DNA of 64,000 bases from Paraphysomonas bandaiensis (taxonomy: Eukaryota; Protista; Chrysophyceae): assembly GCA_965644295.1 (NCBI GenBank), contig CBFFRP010000071.1, positions 144,958 to 208,957 on the forward strand, written 5' to 3'. Positions 13,101 through 27,052 of this stretch are shown one piece after another. How positions within the stretch are numbered: position 1 is the first letter of the stretch; every line of letters starts with the position of its first letter. The position numbers were made by a program, and so were the translations under genes. The notes under the pieces are model-generated. The model worked only from the letters and a program-made list of their open reading frames with translations, did no database searches and had not been told where the DNA came from.

Positions 13101-14212
13101 CAAGAGACCCCCAAGAATTCGGATTGTGGTTTCGAATACTGACACGCTCACATCAAAGTTGAACGATTCAATTTCTTGTGATATCAACCCGACAGCTTTC
13201 CTGAACTCACTGTGATTTCCCAGTACGACAAGGGTGTCTAGGGTATCCATGAGAGTGACGGCAGGTATTTTTATTAAATCAAATTTTCCGCCGGCACAGG
13301 AAAGAGGTTTTAGCTCCGCCTGCGAAATTGTCACAAAAAGGATACTACTACTGTCTTTCATACCTTTGGAAAGGCATGCTTCATATACGAATCATAGCCG
13401 TGATAAAACATACTACGTACTCTCTCTCTCAATTCCATCTGTTCCTGCTCCGAAACTGGAGATATATGAGGCACCTGCGACGCATTCAACACCCGGCTGG
13501 TAGTATGTGAGGCCGGCTCAGCTTTACTGTTTCCAGCACTTTGCTCTTCTGTGGGAAGTGGTAAGGGATTCATTCGAATCACATCTTGAATAGATGGAGG
13601 AGGCTTAGGGGGATACTTGCTGCGTCTCTCTCGGTCTCTTGCGTCGTCTAGCTCCTTTAGCCGTGCTCTATCGCACACAAGCTCTGAACAAATCTCCAGC
13701 TTGTAGTGGCAGGGGTCAGTTTCTTCTACATCATCTATAAATGTACCCAGACGTGTATCTACTCGTTTATGCTTGTGATTACGGTCCTTGTAGCGGCAAC
13801 AATGGATAGAAACTGCTGCAGACCTCTTTATAGCAATATCACTATCAGGCGGAATGCATTCCGCAGTTGGGCTCTCATAGAAGTGATCCAATTCATTGCT
13901 ACCGTTGGAAATATAGTCACCAATATGATTCACTTCACTTGGCTCCTTATTCCTGCGGTGAAAGTGCAGTTGACTCACAGACTGCTCGTGACACCACCTG
14001 TAAGACCACCACCCGTTGCGAGCGTTATACGTCAAGCACTGACCGCGCAACACATCCATTGTGCCCTTGACATCAGCTAGAGCATAATCGTCCATACGCT
14101 GAGACAGAGTAAATACATGTTAGTAACATCTGAGTGGATTTACCTCTGAGCCGGAGCATAATAACACGTACATGGTATAGATAACAAGCAACTGAATATA
14201 TATAAGACCCAT
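10119..14212 (-). CDS. EDEM-like GH47 alpha-1,2-mannosidase with N-terminal MRH (OS-9/PRKCSH-like) domain and C-terminal PA domain
   Basis: Signal-peptide exon MGLIYIQLLVIYTMYVLLCSGSE (14212-14144). MRH motif GWWSYRWCH..Q..R..E..CHY. GH47 motifs FETTIRILGGLLSAH, DSFYEYLLK, YPLRPELVESTY, SFFLSETCKY, STEAHPF. PA motif DRGDCMFEEKV..GAKGVIVVN. About 8 exons. Confidence 0.9.
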
Positions 14213-14996
14213 AGCTGCCCTACACTAACAGTGAACACCCGATACAACCACAGAGTGTAGGTGACAGATACTTGTATATACAAGACAATAGAATGATGTC
14301 AGTTCATGTCTGTGGTTTATGAGGTGGGTCTGGCGACATTATCACCACACTTTAATTGTATATACACTCACCGTACATAGCTAGCAGAGTTCATAACTAT
14401 AGCAGTGGTGTGGTACACATACACACACAGGTACAGGTACGCACGTACACAGGTACACAACACATACAGAGTGTTCTGTATACCCTTGTATACGTTCATG
14501 TATTCACCCCGTATACATGACGGGACATACCACACAGTCTCACCTTTCGGTGCGAGAATAATATGCTTTATACACAAATGAATCACATACAGTAAATAGA
14601 CATAAACCCATGAAATGTATGTGGGAATGCAGACATTCCACATTTGGCGACAATGGATGTATTAGATTGTTTGGATTTGTTAATGTGTTTTGGCTGTGTT
14701 TTGGGAATAAAATGGACAAAAAATGCACTTGGACCATTTTTTTGTAGGCTGACAAACGTACGATGACCGTCACACAGAATGTATTTGCATAGCCCGTATT
14801 TTAGAGGTATTTCTATATGTATTCCTGTGTACGGTTATGTAGGGGGGGGGGCAGTAGCATATAGTGCTGCTGTATATTGATATTGAGGTCTATGTATGTA
14901 CTGCACTGTACTGATGTGCTGTATGTGTGTAACACACACAGGCAGGTATACACACAGTAGAGTTCTTAATAATCAACCCACCACCCAGACCGTACC

Positions 14997-17305
14997 ATGT
15001 CTCCGGGGACAGTAACCGGAGGTGTTAAACCCCATAGTCCCTCCCTCTGATAATGCGGTGGATAGCATGACGCAGCCTCACTCCTCTCTCACAGCGTCAG
15101 ATATCATCAATGTCGTTCATGCGGTGTCTCATGATGTCAAATCCGTGCTGGTAATAATCAAATTATGTCGTTAATCTTCTGTAAAGTGTCTGTTATAACA
15201 GCTAAAGAACTCTAAGAGGACATCAGAGGATGATAATGTAAGCCCTCTGCTCTACTGATGTCTGCTGTACACTGCTGGTGTGATGTATCTGTCGTGTGTT
15301 CTCATATACTGTTCAGACACACCCTGATTTCACAGTACTGGAAGATGATATTGATGTCAAGGCTCTGTCCAAAATTATGTTTCGAAGAGATTCATCCCCC
15401 ACTAATCAGCAGTGGGAATTTTTTGATGACTTCATGGCGCTATACTTTAAAGTCGCCTCAACCATTACCCAACCTAACCTTGAGTTTTGCGCACACTATG
15501 CGAGGTTTATAATTCTTGTCTTATCCACTTTCTACTTATTCCTATATGTTTTGTAGTGTTTTGGTATGTTTTTGCCTTTGTAACCAGGAGGATGCCATGC
15601 GGTTTGTCATTGGGTTATTTGCTCCAAGTGAAAACAGTCGCTCCATCACTTTGCCTCGATGTAAGGAACTGATGTCTACGATATTTCGAAGGGGAATTAT
15701 AGTATCTGAAGGGTAGGTGATGTACGAACACTTGTGTCCTCTAACTTGTTTGTGACGGAATGCAGGACCCTTGCAGATGTTTTTCTCGACCTCAGCCAGT
15801 ACATAAACAGCCACCCCTTGCGTCATAATCGGAGCAATGAGAGTAGTGTTGACAGTTCTCTTTCTACCATGTCCTCCTCCCAAAACCTGATGGATTTTGA
15901 TTTGGAGTCTAGTGGGCATCATGACATGGTAGGGGAGGACAGCGAAAATGAACTCTTCCCGATTAAACTGGCATACAATTACTTTACGAGGCGTCACAAG
16001 ACTCTCTTGTGGCCTGTGCAGGTCATGCAGAAGCAGGTAGAGCTGTGTGTTATACGTTTACTTTAGATAAAATTTGTAATTGTCACTGTCCACTAGTTGC
16101 GTATGAAGTTCATGGGAGAGAGTGTGTGGCAGCACATGCAACAGAGCAATATCACTCCTCCAGCACTTCGGGTCACAGGCGAAGAGACCATATTCGAGTA
16201 TGTAAAAACGATATATGATATATACGATCAATCAATGGGTCGGGAATATGGTACTCGCCCCAAGAGAACTCCATCAATGTGGGTTGACACATCCGCCGTA
16301 CAGCAACAGTATCCCGGCGATATAGTAAAAGCAGAGGACACACGATCGGCCTCCTGCTCATCAGCTGCCAACGAAACTATGCAGCCGTCGACATCCAGCG
16401 CAGACAACCTGAGGGATGGTACGCCTACTGACGTCAATGGTGAGCAGACTTCTGATAGCACAACTCCCACCCTAGTAGTAGATACAGCCACGTATCCTCA
16501 GACCTCACGGTCGCGATCTCCGAAGGCCTCTCGAGCCGCCAGTCGCCTTCTCCGAATGATGTCTAGCTTCAACGAGCAGGAAGGAGGTCTGAAGATAGTG
16601 TCATCGACTCTTATGAGACAACACTTAGTGAATCAGGTTGACGACAAATTTGTGAAAGTGAAAACGTCGAAGCGACTGGCCTCTCGACTAGGACATGTTC
16701 AGAGTAGTCCTCCTCGTCGTGGTCCTGTGCGATCCTGGTGCGACCCGGATATGTCTCTGCTGCGTGATGAACAGCAGACACCACACCGGGAGACGGAGGA
16801 TTGTATTGATGGAGAAGTGGAAGACGACAGCGGAGAGACTCTTCGGGTGATGGTCGTTGAGGACAGCAAGTCTCAGCGAAAACTTATGCTTTACCGAATG
16901 CGGTGCATTCCCGGTGCGGAGAACTGGGTTGTGCGTGCAGCGATTAACGGAGAAGAAGCTCTTAGCTTAGTTAATTCATCTGATGAGCCTTTTGACGTTG
17001 TTATTGTGGATGAAAACATGCAGTCCTCTGGGGGTAGTTTACTAGGCCACGAGGTAAGCTTTATCATGAGAAATAGCTTTACTTTGTTGACTTTCTGTTT
17101 GTCGTCACAGATAGTGGACATTCTGCGGAAGAGGCCCGACATGAGTCAGTCAGTGATAATAGGGTGCACTAGTAATGCTGTAAGGTATGCAAACAACTTT
17201 CTTGCCGCCGGCGCCGATGCTGTTTGGGCCAAACCTATGCCCGATCAGGATACTATAATGAGTGAAGTGTCGTCTATTAGAGCGGCCAGAAGGAATTCAC
17301 TTTGA
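14997..17305 (+). CDS. Orphan response-regulator receiver protein with N-terminal EF-hand-like region
   Basis: Multi-exon. The C-terminal REC domain has VMVVEDS, VIVDENM (phospho-acceptor Asp), IIGCT and VWAKP once intron 17054-17110 is removed. No histidine kinase motifs seen. Confidence 0.8.
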
Positions 17306-17974
17306 TAACATATACGGGATAGTAGTCTGTGTGTGTCAATATATATGTTCTTGTGCTTGCTATATTTTTGTAGAGTTGAAAATAATATTTTCAGTTCATC
17401 TATTCTGGAAACTAAAGACCAAGGGTGCCTACGACATTCGATTGAAAGTGTATATAGAGTCTTTGCTGCAGTTACACAACTCCTACTATTTATGAGTTTC
17501 AAGGAATTTTGTCCGGTTACGACATCTACGGTAAGGTTTTGTAAATAGCTATTGCAATACATTGCTCTCAATCCCTGCTCTCATAGCTTCATTTCATACT
17601 TTGCTTCGGAGTGTGATAATTGTTAAATTCATGTAGTCAATATTCAATATTCTTGCAGTAGCCCATGCGACATGCGACGAGATACATTCATTGTCCATAA
17701 ACATATGTATATGTGAAATAGGAGCTATATATGTTATATTGAAATGTATAGTGCGATTACCAGATGACTAAGCAATACGACTATTACCATTGCTGAAGAA
17801 AATTACCTCTAATATTTATGAGACTGTGCCCTAAATGATATCAAGCATTGGCCAAATGTTAGAAATATGAGCTACAGTCTAATTCGGAAATCATTAGGTT
17901 GATCTAAAATCTAAATGTACTGTGCAATACCTCAGCCATCAGTATCACCAAATACAAAGTAATTTAGTTCTAAG

Positions 17975-18597
17975 TAGGGCCTGTTAACCGTTAATGGTAG
18001 TGGCATTAATGGTTGTTACAATTTCCGGGACATTTTACATTAATGCCATTATAACTGCCTAGAGTGAAAGAGGTTGTACCTTGGTGCTTGCGGTGGCGCA
18101 CCAGCAGCTAGCGTAGCGTTCAAAAGTAGGATATCAGAGTACAGCACTACTTAGGTAAATTACAAAGCACTAGTTAGTTTTGGATCTTACACGCCTATTG
18201 CTAATTATTTAGACACTCACTACTTATAATTGCAGGGAACTGGTACTTGATATATAGAACTAAGAACAAAGCACTTTAAGATATAGTATCTCCTATATAC
18301 TCCAAATAAACTCTAAACAATGTTACACAATGTTCATGCAACTATACAGCTACTTTGTGCTTTGTTGCACCTTTGTTCATTATCAGCTAAATTTATAGAG
18401 ATCCGTAGTATGTTACTTTACTAAATTAGTAATTAAGGGAGCATCACACTGTAATTTACGAGTGGTATCAACTACATAGTAGGTATTAATGGCCATTAAT
18501 GGACCATTATAATTGCCGGGGCAGTTCTCATTAATGCCATTATAATTTCCGGGAACTGGGCCACCGTTAATGGACCAATAATGGTTACCAGGCCCTG
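17975..18597. mobile_element. Non-autonomous hAT-like element (family 1) with nested retroposon tail
   Basis: TIRs TAGGGCCTGTTAACC / GGTTACCAGGCCCTG. The 8-bp flanks GTTCTAAG / TTTCTAAG match at 7/8. Subterminal CATTAATGG repeats. Same ends as 43489-43602. Confidence 0.8.
18060..18224 (+). mobile_element. Diverged LINE/SINE 3'-tail insertion
   Basis: GGTTGTACCTTGGTGCTTGCGGTGGCGCAC...CGCCTATTGCTAA...CACTACT, flanked by TATAACTGC (18050-18058) and TATAATTGC (18225-18233). Confidence 0.75.
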
Positions 18598-19695
18598 TTT
18601 CTAAGTAGGATATATAATATATACAGTGTGCGCAGTCTAGAGTGTAGTGTGATGGATTCCTTGTGGCTGACCGATAGAGTGATGACGAGTCTAGGAAGGG
18701 TCAGGCTGAAGTAAGTGATGCAAATGTTAAATTTCACTATTAAACCCATTCAAATGTTGGAATGAGTAGAACTTTAGTGCTTAATAATATTCTCCTGTAG
18801 ATATTCTCCTATGTGGGGTCAGGTTACCAAGATACCCAGGATGTAATCAAATACAGCAATACCAATACCGCTCAGATGGTTGACCAGAGCTGATCGACAG
18901 GCGAATGATGGGAGTAGTTGTAATAATGCGACCATCACAACTTCTTCCACTAAAACACAAATACGGTGATTGCTGAGATACTCTGTATCCCACTATCTTC
19001 CATTAATACCGTTAACGTCATCGTGTTAGTTCATTATCTGCACCTCATAAGTAACGGCTTCACCTGTACAGCTTCCTTCTTGTGTGTCAATACTGCATTG
19101 TCATCGTCTGTGTTACTCTCATTATCAACACCTTAACTGTTAATCATAAGCTGTTCAGTACTCTATTCAAAGCTCTGTTAATTTAAGTGCAGTGCACTCA
19201 ATGCTGTATTGGAGGATGTGTGCGTGAAGGCCGCAGTGGCTGGACGGACTGTTACTGCTGTGTTCATTCATGGCAAGATTTTTTTTGTAAAATCATTTTT
19301 ACGTAAAAAAATATTTTTTTGTACAGTACAAAAAGTACTGTACGACATTCCTCATAATTAAATATACAAAAACAGAAATTGCTAACAAAAATTTCGTTTT
19401 GAAAAAAATCCTGCCTGTATATTTCACACCTTAGCGATATTTGACAGTTGCTTAGAACTCTCACTGTATACATACACCATATACACAGTCAGTAGTATCT
19501 GTGTACATGTCTGTATGTATGTATGTGTGTGTGTGTATGTACAGCATATCATATACATAGTCCACTGAACCATCATATCAATCAATATCAGATTTATTTC
19601 ACTGTTTCAATATAAGCGATACACTCATACTCATCATATCGGGTTTGCTTGTCTGGCAAAGGGCTAGAGGGGCTCGTATATCAATCTAATAATCT

Positions 19696-22051
19696 ATGAG
19701 TAGCCTTGCGTTAGATGCTGGTGATATAGCAGATTGGCTCGAGGAGCTCGGTCTAGAGAAAAGGAAAGTGAACTTTACGAAGAATGTTCCGGCTGCATGC
19801 GCAGATGGGGTGCTTGTTGCCGATATCATCCATGCGATGTATCCGAAAATGATTCAGGTGACTGTTATCTGCTCATGCATACCATCCCTGTCTGTCTACA
19901 GCATACGGTCCCTGTCTATTAGTACCATACTATCCTATCCGTACCTGTTAATAGCATACTATCCGACTATAGTATGCAATCCGTATGTATTTATATTAGC
20001 ATACTATCCGTATATGTTAATGGTATGCAACCTGTATCTATAAGTTGCATGCAATCTAAGTCTATAGCATACTATCCGTGTCTATTAGTACCATACTATC
20101 CTATCCGTACCTGTTAATAGCATACTATCTGTCCATAGTATGCAGTCCGTATCTATAAGTTGCATACTATCTATATCTGTCTATAGCGTACTATCTGTAT
20201 CTGTAATAGCATTCTATCCGTATCTATTATATCTATTAATAGTATGCTATCCTTTTCTATTTATATTAGCATACTATCGGGCCTCATTGTAGGATGTGAT
20301 CTATTTTGATTAATGGAATGTGAGCCGTATATATTGATATTATGTAATCTATATCTAGCTATTATAGAGTTCTATAGCTTTTAGTAGTATGTATTCTGTC
20401 TATAGATTTTTGTTATCTATACCTCTAATTCGTCTACCCTCCAGATACATAGTTACAGTGAGACAAATAGTATTCAAAGTAGAAAGGAAAATTGGCGTCT
20501 ACTGAATAGGAAAGTCTTGAAGCATTTGAGATGTGAGGTTACTGAAGACGACATTGATATATATGCAACCCGCAAAAGTGGCCAAAAAGTGATTGAATAT
20601 TTACGAATGCTGCGAGCAAAATTACCCGCATACGAACCTTTCTATTTGTCGGGACAGTATAATAACGACGCTGGTAGGCAGGCGCGGGCCTCTGCATACT
20701 TGGCGTCAAGTGGTGCTCCACCTCCTGTCCCAGAATTAAGTGATACGACCTCCACGCCCGCTCGATCACGCCAGAACAGTGGCCGCTTTTCCACTAGTAG
20801 TCACGGAGCTAACGTAGAACCTGGTGGACCCCGCAACCGACGTCCTTCAATGATCAAGAGCGAAAAAATTCTAAAAGAGTAGGTGCCATGACTTCTATAG
20901 GTCGAAATATGATAATGCTTTATACAGACGGCAAAAAGTAGTAAGCCGAGCAAGCAAGAAAGCAGCAGGATTGTCTGAGCATGAAATTGACGCTTTGTAC
21001 ATACAGTATGCCAAAGAACTGAAGAAATCGGCCCAGGAGCTTGCAATGCAGAGCGATGAACTTGATCATCGCAGTGCTATCATGGATGCTAAAATAGCAG
21101 CTTTACGACAACAGAATAAGGTGAGACCCGTATTCATGGACCACGATGCGTGACTAATATGTGCTAGGACGAACTGCTGCGGATAGAGAAACGTATTGCA
21201 CAAACACAGATTACTATGGCTGAGGCAGAGATGGGACGAGAGATTGTTGGTGTTGACGATAGGGTTATTGATCATCTATCCGATACACAAAAAGACACGA
21301 ACTTGAAGGGACAACTCCGGAAGCAATTCCACCGTGCAAGCATTACGATAGGTACTCCAGAGAGTGTATGGTACAATAAAGATACCTCACCAGTATCCTC
21401 CGCTGGCAAGCCACGTAGAAAATCCGACAACCCTCGAGCATCTGTAAGTAGCAAGGCTACACCGTCTCCGAAGAAAGGTCTCCGTACACCTCAGTTGACC
21501 CCTGGTAGTATACCTGCGACCCCAGATCTTGGGCAGAGTAGAACGGAAGACTCTGACGTGTCTCCGCTAACAGTCCACACCAAAACATTCAGTCCGGACG
21601 GCAGACTCAGTATCGAAGGGGATGATGAATCCGACAGCGACGAAAGGTATGAACGTGTGTTCTATTGTGTAAAGTAAGAATGACTTTGGTATCTAGCGAT
21701 ATACCACCACCGCCTCCTCCTCAGTCTGAAGAAAACGACAGTCCAATCAAAGTAGCTAATGATTCTGAACCTCCAGCACTCCATGCTGGCCACAGTGTTG
21801 AACAGGCTAAACCAGATCCCCCACCAGCTGCACCACAGAGAATTCCCACAGTTGACTTCATACGCCACTTTTCTGCTGAGTATGGTAGGTTCTTTTATAT
21901 GCGCACCTCTGTGGGACCTGGTGAGGAAGCAAGTCAGTGGATTCCACCCACGTCAGGGGTGGTGCAGTGCAGAGATGACTCCACTGGCAGAGACTATTAT
22001 ACCGACTCGTCAACAGGAAAATCTGCGTGGGTGCTGTCTGATTTATGTTAA
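19696..22051 (+). CDS. Spef1/CLAMP-like calponin-homology (CH_2) protein with coiled coil and C-terminal WW-like motifs
   Basis: Exon 1 ADGVLVADIIHAMYPKMIQ splices (intron 19858-20444) to IHSYSETNSIQSRKENWRLLNRKVL. C-terminus has GRFFY..SQWIPP and GRDYY..TGKSAW. Confidence 0.75.
19895..20280. repeat. Degenerate intronic minisatellite (AGCATACTATCCGT.. units, ~21-26 bp)
   Basis: Recurrent TAGCATACTATCC / TAGTATGC motifs within intron 1 of the CH gene. Confidence 0.75.
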
Positions 22052-22627
22052 TTATGACCACTGCAGTCCGTCTTCCAGAGTAGTTGTTTTCTATATCCAT
22101 AATCATGTGTTTTGTGTTTAGTAATCTTTAGTAAACGCTGTATAGTGCTTTAAAGTAACCCTTTGTCGTCGCAACGTATATACCAAAGTTTGTACTCCGA
22201 AATTTGCTGAAGCATTAAAGAACACTTCCAAAAACTGTAATTTATGTTTTAGTCTCATTTAAAGACCTAAAGATACTCTAACATCTAACAAAGTGATCAT
22301 ACACAATGTTGATGCATCGTGTGATTTACTCGTTATATATCCTTCTATCAATTATGTGTTGAAATTTTAAATTTAAAAGTGCTTTATCAGACATTTTGAT
22401 ATTGTTATACCCACTCCTTCTTGTCACTTATAACTTATATTGTGATGCTTACTAGTGTCAGCAGTAATAAAAAGCGATTCGCATACTACATCCACAAATC
22501 TTTCTTAACACTCGCAATTGCTACAATTTGTTTTGAGAAATATCGAATATATTTGGTGATTCTGTTGTCCTATTATTAATACTAGCTATCAAAAGAAGCA
22601 CAAATACTAAAATACATCAACTACATC

Positions 22628-24838
22628 TTATTTCATGTCAGTATCAGGAGTAGATTGCTGGCCATAGGCGGCAGTCTGTTGTTGCTGAGCGTACCAGTTA
22701 GCATACTGTTGATACTGATTTGGATCCGTTCCTTGCACTGGCTGAGCGGGGTTCTGCCCAGCAGCAGGGGTCTGTGCCGCAGTACCCTGTTGAGCCCAGT
22801 AACCAGCATAGGCATTAGGATCCGCCGAGGCGCCCACTTGTTGAGGTGGGTATCCCCACGGTGCATATCCCTGAGGAGAAACATACGCACCAGGGTAAGC
22901 CTGCTGGTACTGCTGCTGCATCCATGGCATCGCAGGATTAGCACCAGGAGTTCCTGTTGGCATGCCTGTGATCACAGTAGACATCTGTATTACAGTCTGC
23001 TTCCCCTTCTTCGTCACAGTTACGCCAGGAGCAGTTTCTTCTTTTTCCTCCGCGTCTTTGCTAGTTCCATTCCCCCCCTTGGCATTACCCTGCCCGTCGT
23101 CCCCAAGTTCTGCCATGAAACTCATGTATTCGGTGTCCAGAGCTACCTCATTCGTAGGAGCATCCTATGCGGCACAATTAATTAGACAGTCATCAGAAGG
23201 AATAGAGTAAGCCACAAGTATATATATCAACAAACGCATACCTCTTTTAGCGGACAATCTCGTGTGGGGTGACTTTGATCTCCACAAATTGCACACCTAA
23301 CCCCTGCCGCCTGGAAGGTCTTCGTGCGCTGAGGGCACTCGAAGTGACGATGTCCTTTTTCTCCACACACAGAGCAGAACTCGTCTTCTTTCAAGGTACC
23401 ATTAATAAGCGCCAGCTCCCTCAGTTGTTTTTGCTTGTGCTCATTCTTTTCGTCATCAACCGGTACTAAAAGCTCTTGCACCATTCTTGCCGCGGCCTCA
23501 ACCTACGGACACCAATCAATACAAAGCGGATTCGAGGTACACTGCACGAAGCTGTCCATATCTTGCCGACAAATGACACAATGGGTTTTCTACGTACATT
23601 TTCCTCAGTTTCTCCTTGAACAAAGCAGTGTAGCTCATCGTCTTCATCTGGTTGCTGCTTGGCCGCCCGACCCTTGCTGCCTTCCTTAACACTCCCCTTT
23701 CCCCTGATGCTTATCTTACACCCAGTCTCGCGTTCCATTCGCTTCTGTGTGTTCCCTCGAGGACCAATGATTAGTCCAATGAAATTGTATGTCGGGTGCT
23801 CTTTGTAGGGGATATACAACTTGCGGTACGGTTTCTGCCTCACGAAATCTGCAGGTGGCTGCACACAAGTGTAAGACGAATATAAGTGGGTGTTCGAACT
23901 CATTGCGTACATCATCAAGTACACAAACATGCACTGACAACAGTACCAACCTGAAATAGAGGGTTGAGTTTCAGCATCTCCTCGATGACCTGTGTCCTCT
24001 GTTGGGTAAGAGACTCGCGCATACGTACTTCTCGGGTGTTCATTCTCTTTCCGTGGGCGTCGTACTTCGGAGGCGGCGACGGAGATCTATTGGGATTCAA
24101 TTCCGCCGCTGCTGCATCTTTTACGACAGTCATGAGGCGGTCGTTGATCTCTTTAAGCTTTAGCTGCAGGACAAGAGTCTGCTGCATGATCTCTGCTGTC
24201 AATTGGAAGGGTTGCGGGGCAGCAGCAACAGGTGCAGGTGGCTCAGCAGGAGCAGAAGACCAGCGAGAGCGGCGAGGTTTCTTGGTTCCCTCCGTAGGAG
24301 GGTCCTCAGTTCCAGCTGATACAGCGGTTCCAGTAGAAGTAGACTCCTGTGCGCTAGAAGGAGCAGCACTTTCTGTCGCAGTCACAGGAGGAGCCTCACC
24401 CCATCTGTTACGACGCTTCTTCTTCTTCTCACCATCCGCACCATCTGATTGAGCATTGCTCGCATCCCCCTGACCACTATGAAGGATCTTCTTCTCTAGT
24501 TCCAGTATATCATAACTCTCTCCCGCCTCTGTCTTCTCAGTGGCAGCCAGATATAACTTCTTCACGCTCTTAAAGCATGACCATGTTTCCAGATCTCTCC
24601 AGAACAGTGGAAATTTCTCGTATTTTTCCTGTACAATAAAATGAGTGTATAATTCCTCTTAGTTTGTGTGTATATGTCTATATACGTGTATGTATTGTAC
24701 GTATATAAGTACCTTGAAAGAGTCGTCCAGGGAGTTAAACCACGTCTTCATAGGGAGATACAGGGCCTTAAGCATGGCCTGCCGCTCCTGCTGCTCTTCG
24801 TATTCATAGGTGTCACTCGAGTCATTGAATGCACTCAT
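22628..24838 (-). CDS. SF1: Splicing factor 1 / branchpoint-bridging protein (KH-QUA2, two zinc knuckles)
   Basis: Motifs RRNRWG and RRSRWS (ULM-like), [40 protein letters not shown] and [14 protein letters not shown]. Exons 24838-24713, 24628-23951, 23858-23598, 23502-23242, 23164-22628. Confidence 0.95.
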
Positions 24839-24952
24839 ATTGAACGATAGGCGGACTCGGACTGTTGTGGGCACTGTCGCGGGCTAGACGATAAATAGAT
24901 GACTTAACTATGAAAACTACAGTAACAATAGTGTCAATGGTGCAGACTACAC

Positions 24953-25228
24953 TACATACATACATACATACATACATACATACATACATACATACATACA
25001 TACATACATACATACATACATACATACATACATACATACATACATACATACATACATACATACATACATACATACATACATACATACATACATACATACA
25101 TACATACATACATACATACATACATACATACATACATACATACATACATACATACATACATACATACATACATACATACATACATACATACATACATACA
25201 TACATACATACATACATACATACATACA
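24953..25228. repeat. (TACA)n microsatellite
   Basis: Perfect tetranucleotide array 114 bp upstream of the SF1 ATG. Confidence 0.99.
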
Positions 25229-25498
25229 GCAGTGTGGCGTGTATACTGGGAATACATAGTATGGTATGGTATTATCGGTTGGTTGCTTCAATTACGGTGT
25301 TGTGTGAAGCGCTTTTGAATGCTTGTCTCTTAATCTCATACTGGAGCTGAGACATTCACTGATAAGATATTACTGTGACACGCCTCTCGCTTCAATCTGT
25401 CTACAAATCAGACAAATTGATATATAGCGTACATTATTTTAAACCTGAGTAATTATGGCCGATAGCTCTCTTTCAGCTTCGGAACTAAGACAGCGATA

Positions 25499-25777
25499 TC
25501 ACAGAGGAGGGACAGCCAATGACGATGAATTATCCGCATCGCAGCTTCGTGCACGACATGGGATTTCATCTAATACGAGAGGTAGTCGATAACTTACTAT
25601 CGCCTGCTTTACTAATAACACTTTTTTAGATTTCTCAACATCCTCGAAGTCGAATGGTGTACCTGTTGTTGCTATTGTTGGAGTAATTGTGGTTGTAATC
25701 GGAATTGCTTTCTTTATATATACATCATCCAAATGACTAGTCTTGTCTGTTCGATAGAGATTCGAGAACTTGAACAT
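25499..25777 (-). CDS. Possible short hypothetical protein (92 aa)
   Basis: ATG-initiated ORF with protein-like composition; no recognised motif. Confidence 0.3.
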   Translation of the reverse strand: MFKFSNLYRTDKTSHLDDVYIKKAIPITTTITPTIATTGTPFDFEDVEKSKKVLLVKQAIVSYRLPLVLDEIPCRARSCDADNSSSLAVPPL

Positions 25778-26132
25778 AGTATTATTTGGCAGGGAAAGGT
25801 AATATCCTAATTGGAATAACTTTATTCAGTTGTTTTGTTTACATCGTGAAAATCATCCATATATTTATTGCTATGTATATGGCCTAAAGGTTGTTTTTCA
25901 CGTCATTGCTTAGTGCTATATGCAATAGTTTATGCAGTGCATCGCTCAAAATGTCGTGTCGTTATCACATCACACAACAGTGGTAGAATTAAATACTAAC
26001 ATGTGTTTAGGGGATCCCCTAAACACACACCACTATTTATGTCCTCGAAATGGCAATAGTAGTACAGCTCTATTTAACGATCCACTTAAACTTCACATAA
26101 CTCAGTTAATGCCATGAACCATGAATTAACAT

Positions 26133-26848
26133 CAGGGCTGCGTAACAATTAATTGCAATTATTAGTTATAGCTCGCGCAATTCATTGCAATGTAATTGTG
26201 CCAATTATTGTATAATTAACTTCGTTACTCATTGCAAACACGTATAGCATCTTCAACCGTATGATGATATAATTGACAGAGTATGATATTTACATGGTCA
26301 AAACTCTAAATATCCAGGTTTTCGTCTGCAAAAAACAGTAAAAAGCCCTGATAATCCATGTCCATACCGCTGCACATCCAGTTCGTAGTGAACTTCAATC
26401 CTGCAGTGTCCTGTAAGGCATCCAGGATCGGAAGAACATGATTGCCACACTACATATAGATATATATCTTCAGCTAGAGGGGTATTGAGCATTACATATA
26501 CACTATGGATCGAGCTGAACTAAGTTTTGTAGTAAAAATCAAGAGGAAAAACACATAATCGACCGTTCAAAAAAGCAGTACCTTTCTTAAAGTAAAGAAA
26601 ACGTTATAATGGGAGTCCAACCTTCCCACTATTGTAATAGCCATTGTAATAACCAATAGCCATCGTCCTTAATGTTTTGCAACTTCTAATTCTAAGATTA
26701 TAATGTGCTCTTATACTATATATATAGTTAATAATTGCCAATTAATTGAAATTTAATTGCAACCTTACAACGAGCAATTATAATTGCAATTATTACCTAT
26801 GTTCCATGCAATTTAATTTCAATTACAATTAATTGTTACGCAGCCCTG
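26133..26848. mobile_element. Non-autonomous hAT-like element (family 2)
   Basis: 23-bp TIR CAGGGCTGCGTAACAATTAATTG. Perfect 8-bp TSD ATTAACAT at 26125-26132 and 26849-26856. Subterminal CAATT repeats. Confidence 0.92.
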
Positions 26849-27052
26849 ATTAACATTAGTCGTTGTTAATAATATTTACGTACTGCACAACACAGCTTAT
26901 AAACGAATTGTTCCGTCAACATTGTGCCCAAGGGTAAACGTCCAGCCTAAAATACGGTACTAAGCTATACAAGAGTAGATATTGTGTTCATTCGTGTATT
27001 CAATGTTTAAGAATACTCAGGATTCTAAGTACTAAATACAATTATAGTTTAA

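Noticed and set aside
18620-19420. Coding-like decayed sequence with A/T-tract end; similar patches at ~45050-45440 and ~52400-53220
   Set aside because: Multiple stops and no identifiable motif or termini; probably old TE or gene debris that I cannot classify.
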